The notes beneath the pieces were generated by a model. The model was not told the origin of the DNA. It did not search any database and worked only from the letters and a program-made list of their open reading frames with translations. 64,000 bases of DNA, taken from Octopus sinensis (lineage: Eukaryota). This document shows, piece after piece, positions 63,973 to 64,000 of the stretch; position 1 is the first letter of the stretch; each line of letters begins with the position of its first letter. The DNA is taken from NCBI RefSeq assembly GCF_006345805.1, contig NC_043013.1, positions 25,978,001 to 26,042,000 of the forward strand, written 5' to 3'. The translations under genes and the position numbers were made by a program.

Positions 63973-64000
63973 CATACATACATACATATATATATTGTAT

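Overview
Animal genomic DNA, AT-rich and saturated with microsatellites and interspersed repeats. The SINE types and repeat density suggest an octopus or related cephalopod; this is inference from pattern recognition, with no database check. The only host protein-coding sequence I can support is two + strand exons of an SLC6 Na+-dependent transporter of the B0AT/SLC6A15-A20 amino-acid branch: 33590-34044 and 46451-46561, joined by a 12,406-bp intron. I found neither the TM1 exon nor any later exon. The rest is mobile-element material: a fairly young 3.8-kb RTE LINE and many copies of its 3' tail, Penelope-like (PLE) RT/GIY-YIG remnants, R4/Dong/NeSL-type (RLE) remnants, three tRNA-headed SINE families, and mariner, hAT, piggyBac and Tigger-type MITEs. 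Most notable: (1) at least three distinct families of minimal type I hammerhead-ribozyme motifs of the PLE/dimer type; (2) one of these sits inside a recurring composite element (tRNA-like Pol III head + (AAT)n + hammerhead body), inserted at two loci as an inverted pair with 12-13 bp target-site duplications; (3) many long foldback palindromes; (4) a sharp switch near 23-26 kb from CpG-intact to CpG-decayed copies of the same SINEs. Repeat boundaries are approximate unless a TSD or splice site is quoted. Ribozyme activity is predicted from sequence only.
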